Of a stretch of 64,000 nt of DNA, positions 40,901 through 53,900 are shown one piece after another. This DNA comes from Lineus longissimus. Taxonomy: Eukaryota. The DNA lies in assembly GCF_910592395.1 (NCBI RefSeq), contig NC_088308.1:2914001-2978000 (forward strand). The letters run 5' to 3'. Within the stretch, counting starts at the first letter, position 1, and each line of letters opens with the position of its first letter. The position numbers and the translations under genes were made by a program. A model generated the notes under the pieces. It had not been told where the DNA came from. It was given only the letters and a program-made list of their open reading frames with translations, and did no database searches.

Positions 40901-43900
40901 CATTCAAACAAAGTGTATGAAATGCTGCGCATGCACCCAAGGCTGACCTGGCCTTTTGTACTCTGTGAAAGAGAACCCAGCTAACACTGCTCTTATCAGC
41001 CCTGGGCATTACTGCATGGCCTCCAGTGGTCCAACCATCGGAGCTCAAGCAGCTTCTCTTTAACCACTTTCTGGTTCAGTTTCAATATTCAACATGTTTA
41101 AACAGCTCATGTGTAATGAAATCCGCTTGCATGTGAACATGCACCCAAGGTGAACCTGGACATCAATACTATCAGCACAGAATCATGTTTTTTTACTCAG
41201 ATTGAATGCTGTTATCACACCTGCAATGACAGGTGAAGAGATGCAATGATTCATGTTGACCTTGAGTTGAAGCAGTATCTTCAACTCAGAGAATACAGGT
41301 ATCTGTGGTCTAGTAATCCCATGGTTCCCATTCATTACCAGTATACTACAGCGCAACATAGTGTGTAAAAGTGTTGTTTTTTTCTTCACTGGAAACCAAC
41401 TGCATTCCAAACTAAACTTTTTTGCGATAACCAGATTTGCCTGCCTTTTTATTTCGGAAGAAAGTTTTTCAGTAGCCTTTCTGAAGCTAGGAAAACTTGC
41501 CACCAATGTGTTATTGCATATTATCTGTTTTCTATCGAACCATTCCCTTCTGGCAGTTCTCTATACTGATGATTATCCTAGCTGCCATCCACCAAAGGCC
41601 ATACCCCAGGGCCTGGGAGAGGCATCACCTCACAAAATAAACTTGCCAGAACCAAAGTGCCTGCACTTATATCTTATAAACCTTCAATGAGTGAATCCAT
41701 TAGTCAAAAAAATATCATCAAACTCCTCACAGATCAAACAAACATCTGTCGAGCTAAACATTCCAACACATTTCCATGATACCAATTTGATTTTTTGCAT
41801 CATCCCACGTGATGTAGAGTGCTGGCAACAACGCTACAGGTTATTTCAATGATGCTTGAGTACCAGCAAGTAGGCTACAGGCCATTCCAATGAGGCTAGT
41901 TAGGTACCCATGATCCGCTATTTGCATTGACTTTAAGAGTACTAGCAAGGAGGCTACAGGCTATTTCAAAGAAGCTGATCATGTACATGAACTGTATTGT
42001 CTTTTGAGTACTAGCAACTAGGCTTCAGGCTCATCATCCAGACATCGCGGTGGGACTGGCACCGCAAAGGCTGAGAGACATGTAGGAGAAGGCACACACA
42101 TCAACACTGAGGACGTGAACGTCACCACCACTGGGCACAATCTCATCCTCAACAGACGGAACACTGTTTGAGATGCTCAAGAGGAAAAGGGCTATGGCCC
42201 ACCAAGCAGTAGTACTGTTGGTGATCAAAGCAAAGAGTACTCAGCAATTTCTAATACATACCTTAGTGCCTGCACCAGGATCATATCAGCAAATTCATGC
42301 TTCATCACAAATGCCTTCAGCACTGCTATGTTGAAGTCATTCCTGGAATAAAGGAAAGAAAACTTTTAAATTCAATATTTGGTACGAGAGACAATTCCAT
42401 CTGAATCAGTACTGCAACAAAATACTAGTTATTGTGCAGGCTTAACATTCAAGAGTCAATTACCGTTTGACAGTATTCTTTAGATTTCCCTTTTGAAAAC
42501 TTTTCTTTTTTCAGACTGGCAGCTTCAGCTAGCTATACTGGCAGAGTAAATTCCAGGCAAAGTGTCTAGAAGTGGCAAGAGAATGCAGCTTGATATTATC
42601 AAACCTTCAGATTTAAACAAGTCCACTGTATCTGATTTCTGTCATATGTTTTAGACCTTTTCTAGTACGGACACCATTATAGCCTATTTTGGCCAAGAGT
42701 CACTGTCACTGGCTGGACCTATGGATCAGTTTGAAGTACTCACCTCTCGCCGAGGTAGTCCCCTATGGCGGTCTTATTGAGACCCTCGCCACGGAATAAG
42801 AACTCTGCCACGTCTTCTGGGGTGTTCTGCAGCAGGCCTTCCTCAAGGAGGTATTTGATACCCTGCAAATAGAGAAACAGAACATAGCATTAGACAAGGT
42901 GCCATTATAAGCATCGTAGAAGCAAAACTCTTGACTGAGAGTATTTACTCCAAACAGCATTCACAAGTACATATTCTTCCATCTCTGGGTCGACGGCACT
43001 TCGACATGCAGACATGACACACCCAAGCAAGAGGATGGGCCAAGTGTCATTAATGAAGTCGCATCCAAATCATTAAAAGTTCACCCAAATGTGAACTTCC
43101 TACTTCAACTATTTGTTCATGGCCTTCAAATATCGAATGTTACTGTGCTACATGTAAGAGGTCCTAGAGGCAGGCAGGTAGATGATTCATTGAGAGACAA
43201 GCGAGGACTTGACCTTTAGAGGTGCTATCACAGATCACTTTCGTATCTAAAGTATCTCTCTGACATTTCCTGGGTTGTCAAGAACTTTCTCCGAGACAAT
43301 ATTGGTATTTGATGAGATGAGCTGGACATGATTCATTGACTCACTTGGAAGTCATCTCTCGATTAGTTGTCAAATTCTGATACAAAATTGACATGGCCTG
43401 TGATATCTGGATCTGAGGATCAAGCCAGGTGCCGTTACCTCTCAGGATTGGTATCAAGAAGGGAAAATACCTCAACAAAAACCCACAAAACTCTCTCCTG
43501 TTGCAAAAGTCATGGACTCTTTTTCTGTTTTAAGACTGCCCTAAACTAACGATGGATGAGCTGCACCAACACGATCATCACAGCTGAAGCCCATTTCAGA
43601 GCAGCTCCCATCCACGATTCTCAACTCCCATGAGGATTTCTAACAATGTGAGGACAGCATGATGACAAACAGTTCTCTTGTTCACAAGATAAGATTTGGT
43701 TAGGAGACGGGAACATCACACTTAGCTAAACCAGTGACAGCTACCAGATCCATCTGTCCACAGGTAATAACTTCATCAGTGACAATGACTCGTCAGGGTG
43801 TAAAATTTGTTTTGTGATGACCAGTATAGTTTATTGCCATTTTGGAAGAAGTGGTAAGAGCTTTTAGATGTGATAATGAACGTCGATTACAGTTTATTAC

Positions 43901-46900
43901 AATGCCCACAATTTTAGAGGCCAGTCTGTAACTTCAAGTCATTTGCATCATGATATTGATAGCTCTCCTTCGAGAAACTGCTAATAGAAAGAAGTTGAAG
44001 TTCGAATCTATCCAGCAGCTTGGCTCTTGGCTCTCAAGGGCTCAGACTGACCCATACTGTTGACCTGTGTGTAACATCTGAGTCACATTAAAAATTTAAG
44101 GGCTTTATCCTGTTCTTCAAGTTTACATGAAGTTTAACCCAAATCACAATGTGAAGCTGTAATTGTGCAGGTCGGGCCCTTGTCAAGTTGGTGACTTTCC
44201 GCCAATTGAACATAGGGCCTACTGTTACAGCCGGATTTCATCTTGACAAATCTGACCACCTTGACCAATCTGAACTATGCCTGGCTGACTACATCATTGT
44301 TACAAATCTGATGATAATAGTACAACAATATTCACATGTTTATATCATATGTCAGACAAGAATAAATTGGCGCAATTCTGAGATATCTGGTAGAAATCTG
44401 ATTAGAGTCAATAGAACGCTTGAACAAAGGATTACATGTGGAGTTGAATGGTCTGGAAGCAGCTGTTTTCTGATCATGCCATAGTTGAATGAGATACAAT
44501 CAATAGTATTGCACCAAAGCTTGGCTTTGTTTCAAGTGCAACTCCCTTACTTCAAAAGTGCATAACAATGACGGAACTTTCTAAACTTTTAAGAGAGATT
44601 TCCAAATTTTGAAATAGTATCACCAATACAAACCACGAGATATCACCACAGTCCCTAAGTGCATGAAAATTGACTCCTCGAGTCAAAAACTCCCCTCAGC
44701 TCCCTTTGGACTAGTCATCGACAAATGATTAGGGTCTCGTTAATAAATATCAATTCAAAATAAATACAGTTAGGCACCCATCGAGACTAGAACAAACGGA
44801 CTCAAATGCGATAAACGCACCAATCAAACTGTTCATCGGTCAAGTCGTATAAATCATCAATGAAATAATGAGTAAATTGTGGATGTGAGTAATGCCTGTT
44901 TGGCATCTGGCACTTGCGGACATGCCAATGCCATGGCTGATGATTCTCCAGCCTGGGAAATTCTCCAATTGTTATTTTGAGCAGCGTTTGAATCTATCGG
45001 ATGTAGAGATGAGCAGAATCGAAATATGCTGAGTATGTCGATTCAACAACTGTCACAGTCAAGGGTCAATTTGACCATGTTGAATGTCGAAGACTGCGTA
45101 CTAATAACATGTACTATACAACATGTTGGTTTTCCTTTGCCATTTTGGGAAACCAACGATACTATAATCGGTGAAACATTTGAAAGGTGGAATACTGACA
45201 TGGTCATTAAACTTTAATTTTTAATGACAACTGAATGCTGTGTGCAGAAAATCGAAACATTTTAGGATTTAGAACTGAAATTTATCGATCCGACTTTCCT
45301 CGAAACACTTTTAACGAGTGCTCAATGCACTACATTAAAGTTTGAGAGTGAATACTGAGAACAAATCATTGGGGTGCGTTAAATGTTTATCCAAGTAAAG
45401 CTGTTTCAATACGATTTTCTCTCACTGTTAGTTTCATGGCAGGGTTTGAATTTGAATGCCACAACTGGTATGAATTTCTGATTGAAGATATTACAGCTGT
45501 CAGCTTGTATGAAAACAACCTCATTTCCGACTAAATCTCACCTTCTTGGGATCCATGTTGAAGTGTTTGCGGCCATTGGACATCTGTTTCTGCTTTGGAT
45601 TGGTCTTGCTGCAAAGACACAAGAGCAAACACAACATTAGTAAAATGGTCAAAATAGGGAAAAGATTAAACCAAGTTGACTTCATGGGAAACCTTTAAAG
45701 TTTGCTGCAAATGAAAAAAGAAATAAAGTTATCACAGAAACAAACTTTCTACAAGTTTGACCTTCTTCATGATACAAGAGACTTATGACTCACCTCAGGA
45801 CCAAAGCATCCACTGATTTCAAGAAAACCTTGCGGCTAGGAAGAGCAATGGTTCCAGCCACTTCCATATGGAAGGAATTACGGAATCTCCGTAACCGTTG
45901 CATACTGATATTGAACTTTTGAATTCTTAAATTTATCAATCACAAAACATATCCACATTTGATGCGATTGCTTTCACAGCCACCATGGGCAACTGTCCTT
46001 GACACAACTTGGGCATCCTCAAAATATCGAGCTTCCACAAACACTGGATTGGTTTCCAGGGAAAACAACACTGAAAGCTACGAATGTAGGTTTAACGCTA
46101 CATGTAACATGTAAAGAAAGAGTCACACTATATCCAAACAAGTCAGATGGAAAGGAAACCTACTATCCTTCAAAAGTTTGAAGAGGGGATCAAACAAATT
46201 ACCGGTAATCCTGAAATATCTGAATTCAGACACAACTCCTCCTTGAAACACATGCTATCTTAGAAAGGTTAGAGATGATTTTGACCCATGTATCCCTTTC
46301 AAGGCATAGGTGCCGAGCGATTTGACAGGAGCAGGTTGTCACCACAGTGAATTGCCTCCACATGTGCTATGAGAGTGCAGGCATGCAACGCATCAAATAT
46401 AACACTAGCCAGATGGCACGCATGTAATCATTCAACGCATTTGACAAGGCTAATCCAATTAAATGAGTTCATCTATTGATCCACAGTTGAAGACAAAATA
46501 TGAAATCGTACACATTTTGAATACTTTGAAAGTTTTGACGGCCTCACCATAATTGGGGTTGCCTGTATATGGACTCTGGAGGTGTGGGACACCTTGCAAT
46601 GTCTTTGAATATGCAATGTCAATGTGCACTATATAAATAAATGGATTGTTTACTCAACATCACCATGGTCTCCAGGGGGAAACATGGCCACAGCATATTT
46701 GATTCAATCTAACAGTCTGGGGCTGCATTGGGTCCGTTATCCGCTGCCAGATTAATGGAGTGGTTTTGCTGTGGTCGTAAAATGGGGTGCTTGATAAGTC
46801 CATTTCATGCTGAGGACCTCTGACACAAGGTTGGCTTAGGTAAACAAGGTTCATTAAGGGGCAACTGATAACAAGCTGAGGCAAGTGTAGGTCTAGAACG

Positions 46901-49900
46901 AATGTAACATGCAACAAAATAGCCTATGAATGATCACGTTATGATAATAATTTTAAGATTCTGGTAAACATCATGCCAAGGATGCTGAAACTGAATGGCG
47001 AACATTCCATTCCATGTTGTTCAATTAGTCATACAGTTTGAAATATACCATGCCCACATTTGGTTGCATCTGGGTTACTCAGACTCTCATCTAAGTTCTG
47101 AAGAGCTGGACAACTAACACGATGACAGCAGACAGTTCAATTAGGCACTAAACAAAGAAAGGGAATTTGAATTGAGAATAAGATGAAAATAATGTGCGGT
47201 TTTACGACAAGTACAACATGACGGCTTTTGAATCTGGTTGAGATTGGTTTCAAAGTGGGCTGGCATTATCTGTGCAAATATTGGAGATGGTCTTCATGAC
47301 TCAAATGATTGAGAGTCATCTTTAGCAGTGTGGCAAAAGCGCCACCTAAATGAGGCAAGGTGAGTGCAGAAGGAGTGGAAAACGTCCCCACTTCAGCAAA
47401 CATGCCGGTAGCATGAACGGTCGATTCGGCCGAGGACACCATGTTTTTGGCAATGGTGGCAATGATCATTTCCAGGGTCAGAGACGTAAAGGGCTGAGTT
47501 CTATGAGCAGGATTCACAGCTGCAATTCTATCATTATAGACTTGAAAACTGAACAACACCTACCTTTATACAATTTAAGACTTCAAACTGGCAAAGTCCG
47601 ACGTTGAACTGAATCTTCAATCCCAAATAATTAGCCCATATCTTTACAAAATAACATCCGAGCTCTACAGTTGTAATGTTTATCAAAACTGAGATGGAAC
47701 TTGTACACAGATATGGCAAGGCGATGAAGGGGTATGGATCAGTTCCTATGCTGCGTTCATCAATCATCTGCAGCTGGTCTTCGAAATATTTTTGGCAAAA
47801 TTTCTCGACTAATTCCTCTAATCTATTGACTAAATTTGATTAAAAGCTTGTCTCTCATTTCGCATGTATCAGACATGATCATGACAGGGAAAACTGTACA
47901 TGCCAACTTGGGTGTACACACATAGATATTGATAGATCGTGCATGCACATATTTGGCAGCAATTTCATATTGAATGAAATCCCAGTGCACAGAATTACGC
48001 CATTGTCGTGAGAAAAGTATTTCTGATTGCTGCTTGCATTCGCACAGGTGACTACTGTTCATGCAGAGTACCCACTTCTCAGAAAGTCGTTCCCTGGATG
48101 TGAGGTTCAATAATCACGAAGCCAACTGTGATCGCCCATGATCAAAGCAAAGTTTACCGACAAAGTTGGCAATGTCCATGTTGTGGACTCAACCCACCAA
48201 TCAGAGGGGATGCTTTATCATGATATTGGGATATCAGGATTGAATTTGTTAGAAATACTCACATTTTTGTGAATGAAATCACTCTGACCATGGTACCATG
48301 TTTGATAGCCTTATCCTTACTGAAAGCATTCAGCTTCAACATTGACAATGCCACTTTCCTGGCATATTTCAGAATCAACTTCATCTCAAATGGTAAGCAA
48401 AAGATTCGTAGATCTTTCCAATATGGTCTAAAGTCACATACTGAATGGGACCACAAAAACAGACATTACCAAATTAGGAAACTGAACATGTCCTCGGAGC
48501 TAATCAATAAAGAACCCCTTTGAAGATTACTGTTTTTGCATTGTTCTTCACAGTGCGAATGGGGAAACATCTTGTAAACTCTTGGGTTAATTGGGCCAGG
48601 TTCATTGTCATGATCCAGACCACTGGGGCCCGATTGATTGTAACAAGCCTGTTGCATTAATTATCACCATTACCCAAATCACACCTTTGATTAACAATTG
48701 ATTTTTTTCTTGTATGCTCAAGCGCAATTATGTCATTTAGCATAAGCACAAGCCTTTCTGCATCAAAAGGCACAGGAAACCAGAACAAGAGGCCCAAGGG
48801 CCTGGCGCTCAGCTGAGTTGTTGCTGCGTTGTTCGTATATATTACATTACTCGTCAAACTCTACTAAACTAAGGACTCAAAGCCTAAGGATATTAGCTTC
48901 TGGATGTGTAACAGTGAATTACGGTAGACTGGCGCAATCTACTTCAAGCAAGCTCCACCCTTGCAATGTGTGCGCAAACAGATAACCTAACCTATATTGG
49001 ACCATCAATTCTACACACAGCAACATGATTCATCCTCAGCTGTTACCATGATGATGATGATGATGATCCTTTTCGCAAATTGGTCGTCTTCTGTCTTTCT
49101 TCCATACTTCAGTGCCACCGGATGTAGTCTGCCCTTGTGGAGGGATCCTTTCAGCACCGGGACACAAGAATCCATGCGAATTGAATCACATGGAGAGACT
49201 AGCCCAATCACCCGCTTTTGGCTGGGTAGAAATGGGTAAATCTCGCAGACTGGACCTTAAACTCTACTGCCGACGTGTGAGGCCGGTCTGACAGATGAGT
49301 AAGTGGGGTCCACCTAATGCAGAAGGCACCAGTTTCCCTAACTAAAAGGGTAACATTAACAAAATGCTCTACCCAACTCTATTATTGCCTAAAGGCCTGT
49401 GTACACTAGTAAAATACAGGGCCTTGAAGGGCTTGTTGCAAAATTGTTGTAAAAATGTTGGTAAAATGTTGGTAAAATGTTGGTAAAATGTTGGTAAAAT
49501 GTTGGTAAAATGTTGGTAAAATGTTGGTAAAATGTTGCTAATATTTTACTAGTGTACACCCTGCTTAAGTCAAGTGAAACTCTTAACAAACCTTAGCAGA
49601 ATGCCACCATTGAAATGTTGATAATAATGATAGCAAGTAAAAACTTTAAACAGATAGACTTGATTTTTTTAACCAACTGCCACATGCGGTTTTCTTTATT
49701 TAGTAAATTTTGAGGTAAGTATTACAGAATGAAATACTTGAATACTAGAATTGCCTGGCTCTTCTGATGATTGCACTGGTGAACACCGAAGTCGATGGGA
49801 TGTGCAAAGTCATAGCTCGTTCCTCTCTCTTGGTCATCTTTGAGATGTAGTCACCAAATATGTTCAAATGCAGCTGCAGATCATTCCTGTCCTGCAAAAC

Positions 49901-50921
49901 ATGATGAGGAGATAACATTTTAATTTTGATAGAATAGGTAAGCTAGCCAAGTTTTATATCAAATACAAGGCCAACAACAACTGATAAGGCGCTAGGGCCG
50001 AATGATGAAGGAAGTTCATTGATATGATTGGGAATACATTGTGATAAGAGTGATGAATCGGCCCCGTTTGAAGCATTGTGCTATGTACAGTGTGCAAGTG
50101 TCAGTGTGTATCATATCGCATTTACTGTTTGTTGACATTTCAAATCGCTGGCGTCGATCCTCAATTACACTGTTTATGTACATTGGCAACCTTACCCGAT
50201 GATATCAGAACGATGTTTATTATTGTCTTGTTTATTCACATTAGTTCTGCTATGTGACAAGAGTTATTTGTTGAGAAATCCATGATTTAAAGCCGGACTT
50301 TGACATCGTTTCTCAGACCAACCAAGCTGCATTTCGCAGATCGTTTTTCAACGATCGTCGACGAACTATTTCAAATTAATCACATCCAATTAAACAATCC
50401 AAGCCTTCCCTAATGTCATCAACATGCAATAACACAAGCAGCCAAATATTGTCGCCTATGAAATTGTGAATTTAATGAGAACTTACCTCTGAATTGACAG
50501 AACGCGATCTATTCCATAGCATGGTCTCCTTACGTCTGAACTGCGCAGACTCGAGACGTGACGTTCGCTGCATGTGTGATTGGACGTGGGATAACTCGCG
50601 CGAAATTTAAAATGCTCTTCTTGGGGGTGCTCACTAAATTGCGCCAGTAACACCACCTGGTGAGAAATTCATGAACTACGCCTATTGATAATGAAAGAGA
50701 AAGCTTTGCTCTATAAAATTAGATTTGATTCATGATCCCCAACTGAGAAATCAGCTGCTGGAAAAGTTTTTGGAAAATTTCGCTTGGTGCCACCTAGTGG
50801 CCAAACCGCTCATCCTGCCGGACCCACATTTGGTCTATTCAGGAGTCCTGAAGGGTCTCAACGCCTCAGAGGGAAAATCTATCGCCTATCCGCCATAGTT
50901 TTGAAACGTGCCTGTTTAACG

Positions 50922-50980
<59 letters not shown>

Positions 50981-53900
50981 GGACACTCATTCTACCATTT
51001 ACTCATATGAATAGCTCAGCTTTTCAGCTGAGCTAAAAATACTTCAATTTCCTCCTATTGACTTCTGTATTTTCTCGGGACTCTAACAAAACTGTTAAGA
51101 TGTCTCATTCTTATGCTCCATTCACAAGGATGGAGTAGGGATGGGGTGCACAAGGAACACCCAGGACTGAATAGCCTTAGTCAGAGACAGAAAAACAACT
51201 AACAGCATGGAAGCATGAAGCTATGATGGAAGTGAACAACATTCAGGCCTTCAAATAACGCTTTATATCAAATTATCATCAATTTCCCTGCAAACAACGT
51301 TGAGTTTGCTCATGTTCAGAACCGATTAATCACCAACAATTGGTCCAATATACGCTCAACAAACAACCGCACATATGATATTATCACATGTACACTTCTA
51401 AAGCCTCTTACATTGCAACATGGAAGGATATTTTGGCCAACAAAAAGAACATAGACTAAACACAGCAATTGCTCACTTTTTCACAAGTATGAGAAACCTA
51501 TTTAGTATTTTAGGTATATACCACTAAAGTGAGCGATTTGTCTTTCTATACTCTCCCCCACAGTCAGCAAAAAGAAGTAGTAAGTCTGTCGAAATCAAGC
51601 CTCTGGGTTAAATGGGAAATCTACATTTACCGTTGTGATTTTGGCCAGGGATTCTTGCTTGGCCTCAGCAGGGTAAGGCCCATCTTGACCCTAAATTTAA
51701 CTTCTTCAACATGAAATGGTATAAAACCATGGAAGTCGGGATGGGAGAGGTTAAGCTGTCACCAGCCAGGTCACCCTGATTATATAGACATTAAGGCACC
51801 CCACAGCAGTGAGGCTATACTTCTGGTTTACTGCAGTGAGAGAGAAGGGCAAGCTGAAGAATGGTTGATTCAAGATACTCTCACCATTATTGCCAAGAAA
51901 GAGACTCTTCCTGTGCCATTAAAGATTTAAATAAAGGCAATAAAGATGACAAGTTCATGTTATTGGTATTGCAGCGGGAGGGATGAATCATTGGCACAGA
52001 CTGTACCCAGCGGTCAGAATTCTCATGAACGATGAATTACACTGTTTGCTAGCCACATAGCATCAATCTTGCCTGCACCTGGCAAGACTTGATACATGCT
52101 AAACATGCCAGGAAGCAACAATCTTACGATTGCCTTTGAGCCACGATGCTGGCAGAGATGAAGACTGTTTGATCTGGGTAAGTATCTGCCTTGAAGATAC
52201 CCTTGTTTCGGAAGTACAGTTGAACCTCTTTTCATAAAATGAATTCCACTTAGATGCGGCAAAGAAAGAAATTGTTTGTGATCAACATCAAACATACCAC
52301 TGTGAGTGTTTTTCTTGGGAATGCATTACATATGTGTTGTTCGTGTGTGTTGTTTTAATGAATGCAGTACACTTGTAGCACCAAGTAACAGGGCAGAGAA
52401 ACCGAAGACAGCTTTTTGTTATGAGAGAGAAAGGCCCCTCTGGTGATATTTCAAGAGAAATCATAACAAAAGCTGACCTTTCGCCTGACCCAAAGTTTGA
52501 CTGCACACGAACAACTGAAATCCAGCACTTTTTTCAAGAATGCAAATGAGTGCAAATGAGGTGAACTAAAATGTTTGTTTTTCCACTTCTAAGCCAATGA
52601 GTTTTCAAAACAAACACTTCACTCGGTAAAAAACCTGTGAGTTTATCCAAACCTAATTCTCTGGTGAGGTTTCCAACCAATTTTAAAATCTATGTTTATA
52701 AGCCCCCAAACTGACCCAAAAGTTATATGGTATTTGAGTGATTGATCATGCAATCAAGTTTTATTTGGTTTAAGATGACAGATATAGATTAAGTATACAT
52801 GATCATGGCATTATGATATCTAGTAAATCCGAAGTTGTTCAATCAAAAGCAAATGGATATGTACAATGGCAAATCAATGTCCCGAACTCCCAAACTCCCA
52901 AACTCCCATTGCCAGCAGGAGTCACAATCTGATTCAATGATGATACATTCCAGTCACTATCAAAGGACACCTTGATATCACTGTAACCTTATCCCAGGAC
53001 CCTGAAGTCTTCACAGCATGTGATATAAATGACAAGCCCCCCCCCCCCTCCCCCCAGAGGCACACTTCGCCAGGGTTCCATGGTCCAAATGTCAGAGAAC
53101 TTGTAATTTCAGTGCGGGTAACTTATTTGAATAGAGGTTGCTCTACTGGCATTCTTCCTCCAAAATGCATCAAAGAGGACTACTGGTTTGTGAAGGACAA
53201 CCAACTCTACTTGGCAGGTTGCCCGATAGGCAACTTACCTAAAACCTTAAAACTGACCACTGTAAATGGCTGAAAATCATACATACCAGTCACTATCACA
53301 GGACACCTTGTCACTGGAGGCCTTATCCGAGGACACCTCCGACACGGTGTAAAAGTCTTTATCGCTAGCACCATAATAGTAATGTTCGTCACCATCATCG
53401 CTGTACTGTGATAATCGGGCCACTCGCATAGCCTTCATAAGATTACACAACATCGATGATTCGTAAAACAACACCATACACATCAGGTCAGTGAAGGGTG
53501 GACACACAGACACAGAAAAAGTCGGGGATCAAACCCCTCAAAAGCGTTACACCCAAAGTTTTTCCAAAATGTCAAGTCAGAATTGGTTAATTTGGGAAGA
53601 CAGGCTATGTGTCCCCCAAAATCGCTATGATCACCTCCATCTGCCTCTTATGTATTTCCAGTTGAAACATGTCTGAGAAGTTCCGAGTTTATGAAGTCTA
53701 CACATCTTCCATGATCATATCCAGAATACGAATACACTGTTGTAGGCCTACCATTTCATTCAAACATGATCCATATCCATATGGCCCCAATTCAAACTCC
53801 ACCATTTGCGATGTCAACTTTTAATCAATGAAACTCTAACACTCAATCGATCGACTCCTGCTATATTTTGAAGAGAAACCTGTTTAAACTGACACTTCCA

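Noticed and set aside
42130..42210. Plus-strand peptide [13 protein letters not shown] resembling the cytohesin basic tail
   Set aside because: Wrong strand, upstream stops and no splice context; likely chance
49389..51014. ORFs with repeated [11 protein letters not shown] or TDRQ, and a CRISPR-like look
   Set aside because: Translations of 11-bp and 4-bp tandem repeats; no unique spacers, no cas genes, eukaryotic context
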